DNA of 41,546 bases from a virus (lineage: Duplodnaviria; Caudoviricetes). The position numbers and the translations under genes are program-made. This document shows, in pieces, positions 17,669 to 26,412 of the stretch; the first letter of the stretch is position 1; the number at the start of each line of letters is the position of its first letter. The stretch covers positions 1-41,546 of the IMG/VR virus record IMGVR_UViG_3300043683_000015; one strand, 5' to 3'. Below the pieces are notes generated by a model that did not search any database, had not been told where the DNA came from, and saw only the letters and a list, made by a program, of their open reading frames with translations.

Positions 17669-18157
17669 ATGCGTAAGGCAACCGACAAAACACCAGAAGT
17701 GCCACCGGAGAAGAACCAGGCCGCCGCCGAATTGGGCCGCCGGGGTGGGAAGAAAGGTGGCGCCGCACGGGCGGCCAACATGACGCCGGAGAAGCGCGCG
17801 GATGCTGCGCGCCTTGCGGCGGTGGCGCGCTGGTCACGTACGCCCCCAGAGGAAAGGAGGCGCCCGAGAAGTCCGGATGGAGAACCATTCGTATTCGAGT
17901 TGCTGCCGGCGGAGATTGCGCAGATCACCGGAGCGGAGATTGTCGGATCGGGTGGTCTCCAGAGCTTGCTACGACGGTTGCACAAGCAACTGGAGACCGG
18001 CAATAGAGTCGAGTTCGATAACGCCGGGCTAGGGCAGCTTATTCGCTACACGACGGGCATTGGCGGTGGTGGTTTCGAGACGCGGCTACGCCGCGCGTTT
18101 GCGCGGTCTCTCCTGGACCAATTCACTCCCATCTTCGAGGCTGAGCGTCGGGGCTAA
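17669..18157 (+). CDS. Hypothetical protein: basic GG.ARA...ARW motif fused to a small GGLQSLL...GGGGFETRL domain
   Basis: GRRGGKKGGAARAANMTPEKRADAARLAAVARW; same motif begins the P63C protein. Confidence 0.7.
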   Translation: MRKATDKTPEVPPEKNQAAAELGRRGGKKGGAARAANMTPEKRADAARLAAVARWSRTPPEERRRPRSPDGEPFVFELLPAEIAQITGAEIVGSGGLQSLLRRLHKQLETGNRVEFDNAGLGQLIRYTTGIGGGGFETRLRRAFARSLLDQFTPIFEAERRG

Positions 18158-18724
18158 CCGCCGGAAAATGGTAGTGACCCGGAACCGATGATTGGTGGAC
18201 TTTACCATTCCGATGACCGCTTCAATCGCCCAGTCCGTCTTTCTGTACATCGGCAAGACCTGATCAAGCCACACAACCCGGGCGCCCTCCGACATGCCGG
18301 AGGCAAGCGAACGCATCACCACGTTCCGCTGAACCATCGTCGTCTGGTAACGCTCTGCATCCTCCACGCTGTAGGGCGGATCGGCCAGCACGAGGTCATA
18401 GGATGCCAGCGGCACGGCCGAGAGATCATGTGCATCGGCAACCCAAGTCGGGCTTGTCGCCGCGTTGCAATCGACGGTATCGCCCGGCATGGCGGCAAGA
18501 TCGACCTGGCCGCTGAACACGTGCAGCACGCGGCGGCGATCGGGGAACATCGCGGCGATGCGCCGCAGATAGCCGGCCGGGTAGCCGCCGTAGTAACCGG
18601 ATTTCACTCGGTAGTCGTTGCCCATGATCCATGTGCCGACCACGCGGCCATCTTCCGCGATAAAGAGGCTGCCGGGGAAGCCAGTCAGGCGGCCGTAACT
18701 TTCGATCCGCTGTTGCCAATTCAT
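18086..18724 (-). CDS. Orphan amino (N6-A/N4-C) methyltransferase-like protein
   Basis: Motif I-like VLHVFSG, motif IV DLVLADPPY; GAGGAG RBS. Confidence 0.75.
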   Translation of the reverse strand: MNWQQRIESYGRLTGFPGSLFIAEDGRVVGTWIMGNDYRVKSGYYGGYPAGYLRRIAAMFPDRRRVLHVFSGQVDLAAMPGDTVDCNAATSPTWVADAHDLSAVPLASYDLVLADPPYSVEDAERYQTTMVQRNVVMRSLASGMSEGARVVWLDQVLPMYRKTDWAIEAVIGMVKSTNHRFRVTTIFRRLAPTLSLEDGSELVQERPRKRAA

Positions 18725-19000
18725 TTTTTCTCTCCTCAGGCCGGTCATACCCAGCAAACCTAAGGGGTCAAGAAATTTGTACAACTGACTGGCACACATA
18801 GCAAATATCTGTGGATAACATGACTCGACTTGCGCATGCGCTGGATTTCCCATGCGTAATCGCTAAAGCATGTTGACATTGCGAAAGCGTTTACGCATAT
18901 GATGCGTATGGCTCAGCACCTCCTCCAGTTTGACCGGCGCCTGCACCAATTTTAGGGGTGGGTCGGTTGTGGTGGGGGAAGTCGATTGGGCCATCCAAAT

Positions 19001-19028
19001 CCTGCTTGCAACTTAGTATGCAAGCAGG
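19001..19028. promoter_or_regulatory. Palindromic operator CCTGCTTGCA-N8-TGCAAGCAGG upstream of the P63C gene, followed by a degenerate second copy
   Basis: Perfect 10-bp inverted repeat; TCCTTGCA-N8-CGCAAGCA follows immediately. Confidence 0.65.
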
Positions 19029-19064
19029 CATCCTTGCATCCATAGACGCAAGCAAGGTGTTTAA

Positions 19065-20066
19065 ATGACCGATAAGGACGGGTCGAAAGCAGCCGGCGGC
19101 TATGCCCGAGCCAAAAAACTGAGTCCGGCGACGAGGCGACGGATTGCGCAAAAGGCGGCTACGGCACGCTGGGCCGCGCACCTGCCGACAGCTACCCATG
19201 AGGGAGAGCTGAAGGTCGCGGACCTCGAATTGCCGGTCGCGGTATTGTCGGATGGCACGCGCTTGATGATCAGCCGGGCATTTATGACCGCTCTGGGCCG
19301 TCCTTGGAAAGGAAGCTATCGGCGTACCAGCCTCCCCAATTTCATCGACGCAAAGAACCTTTTGCCGTTTATTCCCAATGAGTTATATGATGTACTCGCG
19401 CCCGTCGAGTTCATCAATATGCGTGGGCAAAAAGTGCTGGGCTATCGCGCGGAACTTTTGCAGATGGTGTGTGATGTCTATCTCGATGCTAGGAATGCGA
19501 CCGGTGTACTAACGCCGGCACAATTACCATTGGCGGCACAGGCAGAAGTTCTGATCAGGGGATTTGCTCGTGTCGGCATCATTGCTCTGGTTGATGAAGC
19601 TACCGGTTATCAGAGAGATCGCGCCACCGATGCTCTCGCAAAAATCCTTGAAAAGTTCATTGCCAAAGAACTTCAGCCATGGGTTAAGACATTTCCCGAT
19701 GAATTTTATAAAGAAATGTTCCGGTTACGGAGTTTGGAGTTCCCAGGAGACACCGTCAAGCGCCCACAATACTTTGGACATCTTACGAACGACATAATTT
19801 ACCGACGCCTTGCCCCCGGGGTATTGGAGGAATTGAAAAACAGTGTTCCCAAGGCGCCGTCAGGACGGAGAAAGGGGACGCTCCAACAAAAGCTGACCCC
19901 CGACCTCGGGCATCCCCGCCTACGTGAGCACCTTGCCTCAGTGACGACGATAATGGCGCTGAGCGATGACTATACGGACTTCAAGAAGAAACTCGATAAA
20001 AGGCATCCCCGCTATGATGGGACTCTCTCATTTGATTTCGATCAAGAAGGCGACGAAGGCCTCTAG
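19065..20066 (+). CDS. P63C-domain protein
   Basis: GFARVGIIALVDEATGYQ, LQPWVKTFPDEFY, RPQYFGHLTNDIIYRRLAPGVLEEL, GHPRLREHL. Confidence 0.88.
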   Translation: MTDKDGSKAAGGYARAKKLSPATRRRIAQKAATARWAAHLPTATHEGELKVADLELPVAVLSDGTRLMISRAFMTALGRPWKGSYRRTSLPNFIDAKNLLPFIPNELYDVLAPVEFINMRGQKVLGYRAELLQMVCDVYLDARNATGVLTPAQLPLAAQAEVLIRGFARVGIIALVDEATGYQRDRATDALAKILEKFIAKELQPWVKTFPDEFYKEMFRLRSLEFPGDTVKRPQYFGHLTNDIIYRRLAPGVLEELKNSVPKAPSGRRKGTLQQKLTPDLGHPRLREHLASVTTIMALSDDYTDFKKKLDKRHPRYDGTLSFDFDQEGDEGL

Positions 20067-20131
20067 TTCTTTCCCCAACGCTTAGCCGCATCAACAGGGG
20101 GGAGACGGAAATGGCTCACAACGTGGTGCAT

Positions 20132-20473
20132 CTAAGCGGCGTCATCTCGGCGGGTCGGCGAAGGGGGGTGCATCATTCTGATGACCAAGCGCCTCTCAGC
20201 ATCGTCCAGGCCCCGCCACCAGCGGACGAGATTGACTTCGCCACCTTCTTTGATGATCTCGCCAGGGAGTGGGCGGCCTTCCGGGTCGCTCAAAAACTCG
20301 CGCGGATCGCAGTTCAGGACACCGGCAATTCTCCGCATCCAATCGTCAGTAAGGGGGCGCTTGCCACGCTCCATTCGCGATAGATGCGGCACCGTGATCC
20401 CAATCTTGGGAGCTACGTCGTCTAGGGTGAATCCCCTGGCTTCCCGAACGGCGCGGATGCGATTCATGTCCAT
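20132..20473 (-). CDS. cI: CI-like XRE repressor without S24 peptidase domain
   Basis: NRIRAVREARGFTLDDVAPKIGITVPHLSRMERG HTH; divergent from cro across three operators. Confidence 0.85.
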   Translation of the reverse strand: MDMNRIRAVREARGFTLDDVAPKIGITVPHLSRMERGKRPLTDDWMRRIAGVLNCDPREFLSDPEGRPLPGEIIKEGGEVNLVRWWRGLDDAERRLVIRMMHPPSPTRRDDAA

Positions 20474-20477
20474 GAGT

Positions 20478-20556
20478 TTGCCCCAGCGGCAAGAGCCAAG
20501 CACTTGCCCTGTCGGCAAGGATTTCATTTGACCCATATTGCCCAATAGGCAAATAT
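20478..20556. promoter_or_regulatory. oR: three TTGCC-N5-GGCAA operators (20478-20492, 20504-20518, 20538-20552) with putative pR
   Basis: Three palindromes between cI and cro; TTGACC-17-AAATAT brackets the third. Confidence 0.87.
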
Positions 20557-20562
20557 GCGGGC

Positions 20563-20799
20563 ATGAAGTTGTCCGCATACCTTTCCCAAGATGGGAAAAA
20601 CGCCACCGTGCTCGCAAAAGACTGCGGCGTGTCCGTTTCTGCAATCACGCGCTTGGCCAATGAAAAGAGGGTGCCAAGTCTTGCGCTGGCCCTGAAGATT
20701 GCCAAGGCAACGGGTGGAGATGTCGCTCCGACCGACTTCGAGGCGAACGTCCAGCGCGCTGCGGGCACGCCCGTGGCAGCCGAACAGGTGGCAGCGTGA
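20563..20799 (+). CDS. cro: Cro-like HTH regulator
   Basis: LAKDCGVSVSAITRLANEKRVPSLALALKIAKATGGDV.P.DF. Confidence 0.85.
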   Translation: MKLSAYLSQDGKNATVLAKDCGVSVSAITRLANEKRVPSLALALKIAKATGGDVAPTDFEANVQRAAGTPVAAEQVAA

Positions 20800-21191
20800 G
20801 AGCCCTGGTCGGATCCGCGCTGCGCTGGTTCATCGACGGCGCCCCGGCGCGCCACCGGCCATGCGAGGCTGGGCCCGTGCGCAGCGAGACGTTCGAGCGG
20901 GCCATCGCCGCCGCGCTCGATGATCTTGAAGAAAAGGTTCAGCGCCTGTCAGCACCGGTCATGCCTTCCCTGGAAGAGATGATAGCAGTGCAATCAAAGA
21001 TTGCCGACGTGATCTTGCATGGGCGAGCGCGGGCCCCATCCGCACCGATCATGCCTTCCCTGGAGGGGCGGGTAGCGCTCCAATCAGAGATAATAGACGC
21101 GATCGTGCATCGGCCATCGCGGCCTGCTTCTGCAGCTGCAGGTGGTCATGGCGCTCCAGGGCCAGCATTACCTGATCGAGGGCTTCAGTGA
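20796..21191 (+). CDS. Hypothetical protein with two 30-aa repeats
   Basis: GTGA coupling to cro; 90-bp imperfect tandem duplication. Confidence 0.45.
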   Translation: MRALVGSALRWFIDGAPARHRPCEAGPVRSETFERAIAAALDDLEEKVQRLSAPVMPSLEEMIAVQSKIADVILHGRARAPSAPIMPSLEGRVALQSEIIDAIVHRPSRPASAAAGGHGAPGPALPDRGLQ

Positions 21192-21315
21192 CCGTGTCGC
21201 GCCCCAGCAGGCCCCGCTCTATCAGGAGCGTCGCAAGCGTGGCTCCGAGATGCGAGGCGAACATCGCCTCGCCGGCTATGCTGTCGAGTGACAATCCTGG
21301 GGGTTGGTCACTCAT
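21049..21315 (-). CDS. Hypothetical helical protein, antisense in the early-right operon
   Basis: GGAGG RBS before MSDQPP; LATLLIERGLL...EALD amphipathic pattern. Confidence 0.55.
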   Translation of the reverse strand: MSDQPPGLSLDSIAGEAMFASHLGATLATLLIERGLLGRDTVTEALDQVMLALERHDHLQLQKQAAMADARSRLLSLIGALPAPPGKA

Positions 21316-21534
21316 CTCTTCCTCCGTCGGTGGTATTGCAGCTTCGACGGTAGGGAGCGGGGGTCGGGCCGGCAACGGCTCGGCCCTCGTTGCCAATCCC
21401 CAAACCCGTGCTTCTTCCAGCGACGAACCGTTCCCGCGGCGCGGCGCCAAGTCTGTCGATCCCTTCTCGTATCCAGCCGGTTTCCCTCTGTCCTCCTCCT
21501 CCTCCTCCTCGGTTCACACCGTAGGAGGAGAGGC

Positions 21535-21828
21535 GTGGGAAAAAACAGGTCAGAGATTGCCCGAAAGTTTCAGCATATGACTGCGGCGTTGTCGGAGACG
21601 TATTCGCAGACGATCCACCGTGTGTTGAACAAGGCGTATGCCCCGTTGCGGCATGCGACCGAGACCCTGGCGCGGCATTCCGGCGCGACGCCACGGGCAG
21701 CGCGCAACTGGCTGGATGGTGAGTGCGCTCCGCGTGCCGAGCATCTCATCCTGCTGATGGCGAACTGCGCTGAGCTGCGCGCCGAGATCGACCGGCTGGT
21801 GAGGGAGGCTCAATGCGACGGCCCCTGA
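21535..21828 (+). CDS. CII-position HTH regulator
   Basis: AGGAGG RBS, GTG start; LARHSGATPRAARNWLDGECAP HTH. Confidence 0.7.
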   Translation: MGKNRSEIARKFQHMTAALSETYSQTIHRVLNKAYAPLRHATETLARHSGATPRAARNWLDGECAPRAEHLILLMANCAELRAEIDRLVREAQCDGP

Positions 21829-22049
21829 CGGTAGTTCTGGAATTCGGCTTGTGCGGGTTCGGCGCGGTCCGCGTGGGCACATGGTCGGTCATGCAGATCG
21901 GCGTCGTCACGCTGACATGGTGGCGCGGCTCGCTGCTGGAGGAGCTGAAGCGGAACCAGGAGGCGCTGGCCTTGTCGGCGAGGGCGATGGAGAGGGCGGC
22001 AAGCGGGGTAGGGAAGGGGGCAGAAAAGGTGAGGGGGGTTGGCGCGTGA
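21813..22049 (+). CDS. Hypothetical protein
   Basis: GGAGG RBS, coupled to neighbours. Confidence 0.5.
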   Translation: MRRPLTVVLEFGLCGFGAVRVGTWSVMQIGVVTLTWWRGSLLEELKRNQEALALSARAMERAASGVGKGAEKVRGVGA

Positions 22050-22852
22050 GCGCAACAATATGGTATCCGTCCAAGGTGCATCCACTGGCAGATCTGTTCC
22101 CAATGATGGCCGAGGATGAACTGGCCGACCTGGCTGAGGACATCAAGGCGAATGGCCTTCTGCATCCGATTGTTGTCCATCTCGATACGCTGATTGACGG
22201 TCGAAACCGGCTGGCCGCTTGTGAGATTGCCGGCGTCGCGCCGACGTACCGGCAGCTTGATGGACAGGATGCTGCGGCGCTGATCGTCTCAGCCAATCTG
22301 GCCCGGCGGAACCTGAACAAGGGTCAGCAGGCGGTGGCTTTGGCCATGATCTATCCGGAGCCAGGCAAGGGAGGACGAGGGAAGAAACAAAGCCTCGTAG
22401 AAACTGTGAGGGTTTCTGCGTCTCGTCTTACGCAGGCCCGCGCCATCCTTCACCATTCCCGTGCATTAGCTGAAGATGTTCTGGCCCATCGCACGAGCCT
22501 CGACAAGGCGCTCGCCACCGTCGAGGAGGAGCGCCGCGCCGGCCAGTCCATCGACGCGAAGATGACTGAGCTGCGCGCCAAGGCACCGGACATTGCCGAT
22601 CTGGTGGATGACGAACGCATCTCGCTGGACGCCGGCATGACTGAATTACGCACCAGGCAGCGCCGCGACGAAGAGGCGGTGGATGCGGCGCGGCAGGCGG
22701 TAAGGCGTCTGGCCGACATCCCGGTGCAGTTGGCGATGATCCAGAAGGGCGTCGCCGTGGCCGGCTTTGCGGTGCTGGACGACCTAAACCTCAGCGCAAT
22801 CGCCGAGGCGATCGGCGCACTTCAGGCAATGGCAAAGGAGGCGACGCAATGA
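22046..22852 (+). CDS. ParB/Srx N-terminal domain protein with HTH
   Basis: HPLADLFPMM, LAEDIKANGLLHPI, IDGRNRLAAC, SANLARRNL. Confidence 0.82.
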   Translation: MSATIWYPSKVHPLADLFPMMAEDELADLAEDIKANGLLHPIVVHLDTLIDGRNRLAACEIAGVAPTYRQLDGQDAAALIVSANLARRNLNKGQQAVALAMIYPEPGKGGRGKKQSLVETVRVSASRLTQARAILHHSRALAEDVLAHRTSLDKALATVEEERRAGQSIDAKMTELRAKAPDIADLVDDERISLDAGMTELRTRQRRDEEAVDAARQAVRRLADIPVQLAMIQKGVAVAGFAVLDDLNLSAIAEAIGALQAMAKEATQ

Positions 22853-23382
22853 CAACAATTCGGGCGAAAATGCGTGCCCGCGCCCAGGCTCGCTACGACC
22901 TCGCCATTGTCGGGCTTAAGCCTGCCGAGGACAATTCCTATGACATGGACGAGGTCGCCGAGAAGATGGCCGACCAGGTCGCCATCGATACGCGGGTCAT
23001 GCAGATCCGCCAGGCCAAGCAGGATTTGCAGTTGCTGCGTGGCGATGAAGAAGACGACGATGATTCGGACCATTCCCCGTTGCAGTTGAACCTGTTCGGC
23101 GAGGGTCGGCTGGTCGATTACGATCCGTTCCGGCTGGTGCTGGGGCCGAAAAATCGGGTGGTGGCGCATCACCTCGCGACGCTTGAATACAAGGTGGAGG
23201 AGCGCAACCGGGCGACGGAGAACCTGCGTCGGGCACACGTCAAGGAGGCCTGCAAGGCGCGCGAGGTCGAGATCTTCGCGGCGTGGTCGCGGGAGCAGTT
23301 GCGGCTGGGCCGGAAGGCGCGCGATCTGATCTGGGGAAATTGCGTCACCGAAACCGGCATTCTCAGGACGCCGGACGAATGA
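22849..23382 (+). CDS. Hypothetical protein
   Basis: AGGAGG RBS, ATGA overlap. Confidence 0.65.
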   Translation: MTTIRAKMRARAQARYDLAIVGLKPAEDNSYDMDEVAEKMADQVAIDTRVMQIRQAKQDLQLLRGDEEDDDDSDHSPLQLNLFGEGRLVDYDPFRLVLGPKNRVVAHHLATLEYKVEERNRATENLRRAHVKEACKAREVEIFAAWSREQLRLGRKARDLIWGNCVTETGILRTPDE

Positions 23383-23603
23383 CCGAGCCCTGCATCCGCT
23401 GCGGCGAGCGCGCGCCCGCCCCCGGCAATGGGCTGTACTGCGAGCCGTGCTGGCAGCAGCAGGCGCATGAGGCCCACGAGACGCTGCGCGATTTGGGCGA
23501 AGACGCTGTCTCACTGTTGATGAAGGACGGAGGGCTGAGCTTCGTCGAGGCCGTCGAGCGGCTGGCCGGGGACCGCGGCTTATCGGGTGAGGCTGACCCG
23601 TGA
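23379..23603 (+). CDS. Small Zn-finger protein with DnaG zinc-binding-domain-like C-terminal helices
   Basis: CIRC...CEPC and DAVSLLMKDGGLSFVEAVERLA. Confidence 0.55.
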   Translation: MTEPCIRCGERAPAPGNGLYCEPCWQQQAHEAHETLRDLGEDAVSLLMKDGGLSFVEAVERLAGDRGLSGEADP

Positions 23604-24085
23604 GCCGCCCGTTCCGCCTGACCGGGCCAATCGTGCGTGAGCATCCGCTGCAGACACGGATTTCTAAGGTGCTGACGCTTGAGATCGCCCCGGCCGGCAA
23701 GGTGAGCAGGGACGGGGTCGTATGGTGGTCCGTCGACCATGCCAACTATGCCGGTGAGGTGCCCGGCATCCGCATCTCGCGCGGCATCATCGCCGGCATC
23801 CCCGACATGTTCGTGCTCCATGTCGGGCGCGCGTACATGATCGAGGTGAAGGCGGAGGACGGACAGTTGAACGACCCGCAGCGCTCGGTCGCGGCGGCGG
23901 TGTTGGCAGCCGGGGGCCGTGTCGGCGTGGTCACGGACGAATGGCAGACGCTCGCCTGTCTGGACCAGTGGCAGATACCGCGCAAGCGGCGGGTCCGGGA
24001 GCCGAGCGCGAGTAGCGCCGGCGGGCCGACGACAAGAGCCGACGACGAGATGTCGCGGCGAGGTCGCGGCGAGATCGCGGCATGA
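23600..24085 (+). CDS. VRR-NUC (PD-(D/E)xK) nuclease
   Basis: EHPLQ, GIIAGIPDM, IEVKAEDGQL...Q. Confidence 0.82.
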   Translation: MSRPFRLTGPIVREHPLQTRISKVLTLEIAPAGKVSRDGVVWWSVDHANYAGEVPGIRISRGIIAGIPDMFVLHVGRAYMIEVKAEDGQLNDPQRSVAAAVLAAGGRVGVVTDEWQTLACLDQWQIPRKRRVREPSASSAGGPTTRADDEMSRRGRGEIAA

Positions 24086-24675
24086 GTTCTGAACCTGGCG
24101 CACGCCCAGCTTCGATGTGGACGCCTGCAGTGGATGCGCAGTTGCGGAAGCTATGGGTCGCCGGAGTTCCCAGCACCGCCATCGCCGAGCGCCTCGGCTG
24201 CAGCAAGAACAGCGTCATTGGACGGGTGCACCGCCTGGAGTTGAAGCCGCGATCCAGCCCGATCAAGGGCGGCCCGAAGGTGGCTGCCGAGACACGGGCC
24301 AGGAACAAAGCCGCCAAGGCCAAGCTGGTGGACGCGCTCGCCGAGACATTGCGCACGCAACGCGCCAGCAAGCCGCCTGCTCCCGCGCTTCGACGAGTTG
24401 CTCCCAAGTTTCCGTTCACGCCGTCGCCCCGTGCGATCGGCACCCCGGCGTACCTTGCGCTCGGCACACCGGCACTCGGCACGCCGTTGCCCTCTCCACA
24501 CGTCTGTCAGTGGCCCACCGGACCGCGCCGCAGCTTCCTGTTCTGCGGCGAGCCCGCCATGCCGGATCGACCCTATTGCCTGGCGCATTGCGAGGTCGCG
24601 TATATCGGCTTCGGACACCCACGCCAGGAACGTACCTGGCTGCCTGGCAGGCCGCTGTGGCCACGGGTGCCGTGA
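24082..24675 (+). CDS. gcrA: GcrA-family cell-cycle regulator
   Basis: WT...LRKLW..G.....IA.RLG.SKNSVIGRVHRL.L and CQWPTG...FLFCG...PYCLAHC..AY. Confidence 0.88.
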   Translation: MSSEPGARPASMWTPAVDAQLRKLWVAGVPSTAIAERLGCSKNSVIGRVHRLELKPRSSPIKGGPKVAAETRARNKAAKAKLVDALAETLRTQRASKPPAPALRRVAPKFPFTPSPRAIGTPAYLALGTPALGTPLPSPHVCQWPTGPRRSFLFCGEPAMPDRPYCLAHCEVAYIGFGHPRQERTWLPGRPLWPRVP

Positions 24676-25082
24676 TAGCCTCCCGTCCCTACCAATTCGC
24701 CCCGGCGGGCTTCTACGCCCTCATGCGCCATATCGGCATCGAGATCGCCCACGGCCGCCGCCGTCCGGATCTGGCCGAGGAAATGGTGCGGGAACTGGCG
24801 CCGCAAATCGTAAAGGAACACCGCGGCGATTGCGTCGGATATCTCCTCCATATCGCCGAACTGTGGCGCCGCAACGAGGCCGCACGCCTCGATACGCGCA
24901 ACGGACAAATCCGCAGCGCAATCTGGCCGATGGCGTCTGCCAGGCTGCCACTCGCCCGGCTGCGCGACCGCGCTCACGCTATCAACAATGGGTTGTTCGC
25001 AGACGATGAGGTCGAAGCCATCATTGATGAGGTCATCGCCTCCACACGCCATGCCTGGCGCAAGCAGGGCGTGCCGGCATGA
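24672..25082 (+). CDS. Hypothetical replication protein, PriCT-like C-terminus
   Basis: GTGA overlap; AINNGLFADDEVEAIIDEV; coupled to the helicase. Confidence 0.45.
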   Translation: MIASRPYQFAPAGFYALMRHIGIEIAHGRRRPDLAEEMVRELAPQIVKEHRGDCVGYLLHIAELWRRNEAARLDTRNGQIRSAIWPMASARLPLARLRDRAHAINNGLFADDEVEAIIDEVIASTRHAWRKQGVPA

Positions 25083-26266
25083 GCGTTCGGGACGAATACG
25101 ACGGCGGCAACGTCACCAGGCTGCCATTGCGCCCGAAACGCTTCAAACGCCGTGAGCCGCACGAAATCCCGCCCCGCCCATGGCTCTATGGCACCATCCT
25201 GCAGCGCGGCTTCACTAGCATGATCATCGCGCCAGGCGGCACCGGAAAGACGCAACTGGGGCTCGCCATCGCCGCTGATATCGCCTCCGGCCGCGGCTTC
25301 CTCGGCTTCCATATCTTTGAGCGCGTGCCGGTCTGGTATCTTAATCTCGAAGACCCAGAGGTCGAGATCGAGCGCCGTCTGGCGGCTATCCGGATGATCC
25401 ACGGCCTCGGCTGGGATGAGATCGATGAGTGGCTGTATCTGCACAATGGGCGAGAACGACCCGTTTGCATCGCCGCCAAAGGCCCCGACGGCCAGCACAT
25501 AATTTACCCGGACCACGAGGCCGTGGTGGCCGCAGCGCGCGCCTGCGGCATCGGTCTCATTGTCGTGGACCCGTTCGCCCGATCGCATTCCCTGGTCGAA
25601 AACAGCAACGAGGAGATGAACGCCGCAATGGCCGCATGGAACGCTGTAGGCGAGGAGGTCGGCTGCGGTATCGCCCTGTTGCAACACGTTCGCAAGGGGT
25701 TCACGGGCGACGTCGAAGATAGCCGCGGAGCACGCGCGCTTATAGACGGCGCCCGCATGTGCCTGACCTTGCAGCATATGGCCACCGAGGAGTGCGAAGC
25801 TGTCGGCGTCCCCACCGAAGATCGCCACCGCTTCGTCCGGCTGTTGGACGGCAAGGTCAACATGGCTCCCCAAGCCACCGAGGCGACCTGGTTCGAAATG
25901 CGCGAGGTCGAACTGGGGAATCCCACCCCGGTCTATGTCAACGGCGATCGGGTGAGCGCATTGGCGCGCTGGGTCAAACCCTCGGCATGGGAAGGACTGG
26001 ACAACCATCTGGCCAACCACATCCTCGACAGCATCGACGCAGGCTTCGCCGCCGGACGGCCATACTCGGCCGCATCCAGCGCACAAGCCCGAGCAGCTTG
26101 GCGCGTCGTCCAACAACACTGCCCGGACAAAGCCGAAACCGCTTGCCGATCCATCGTCCTTACATGGGTCAAAAACGGCCTTCTCTTCATGGAAACCTAC
26201 CGCGACAAGGCCGAGGGAAAGGACCGTCTCGGCCTGCGCGTTAACGCAACCAAAAGACCGTCGTGA
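25079..26266 (+). CDS. AAA_25 / RepA-like replicative helicase
   Basis: Walker A APGGTGKT, LNLED, Walker B IVVDP, ENSN, HVRK, SRGARAL, K.N. Confidence 0.85.
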   Translation: MSVRDEYDGGNVTRLPLRPKRFKRREPHEIPPRPWLYGTILQRGFTSMIIAPGGTGKTQLGLAIAADIASGRGFLGFHIFERVPVWYLNLEDPEVEIERRLAAIRMIHGLGWDEIDEWLYLHNGRERPVCIAAKGPDGQHIIYPDHEAVVAAARACGIGLIVVDPFARSHSLVENSNEEMNAAMAAWNAVGEEVGCGIALLQHVRKGFTGDVEDSRGARALIDGARMCLTLQHMATEECEAVGVPTEDRHRFVRLLDGKVNMAPQATEATWFEMREVELGNPTPVYVNGDRVSALARWVKPSAWEGLDNHLANHILDSIDAGFAAGRPYSAASSAQARAAWRVVQQHCPDKAETACRSIVLTWVKNGLLFMETYRDKAEGKDRLGLRVNATKRPS

Positions 26267-26283
26267 TCAGCCAAAAAACGGCG

Positions 26284-26412
26284 TCAATGGCGGAATCAAT
26301 GGCGGAAGAATTTCCGCCGTCATTGACCGCCACCCTAAAGGGTAAAGGCGACGGCGGAATTCGCCGCCGTCACCATTACGAAGCACGGGTGGCGATAGCG
26401 GCAATGGCGGAA
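26284..26412. repeat. Iteron-like cluster, putative replication origin
   Basis: TCAATGGCGGAA twice in tandem, inverted TTCCGCC, GACGGCGGAA, CAATGGCGGAA around an ACCCTAAAGGGT palindrome. Confidence 0.55.

Noticed and set aside
17600-20100. Insertion sequence or complete restriction-modification system
   Set aside because: No transposase, terminal inverted repeats or recognisable restriction endonuclease
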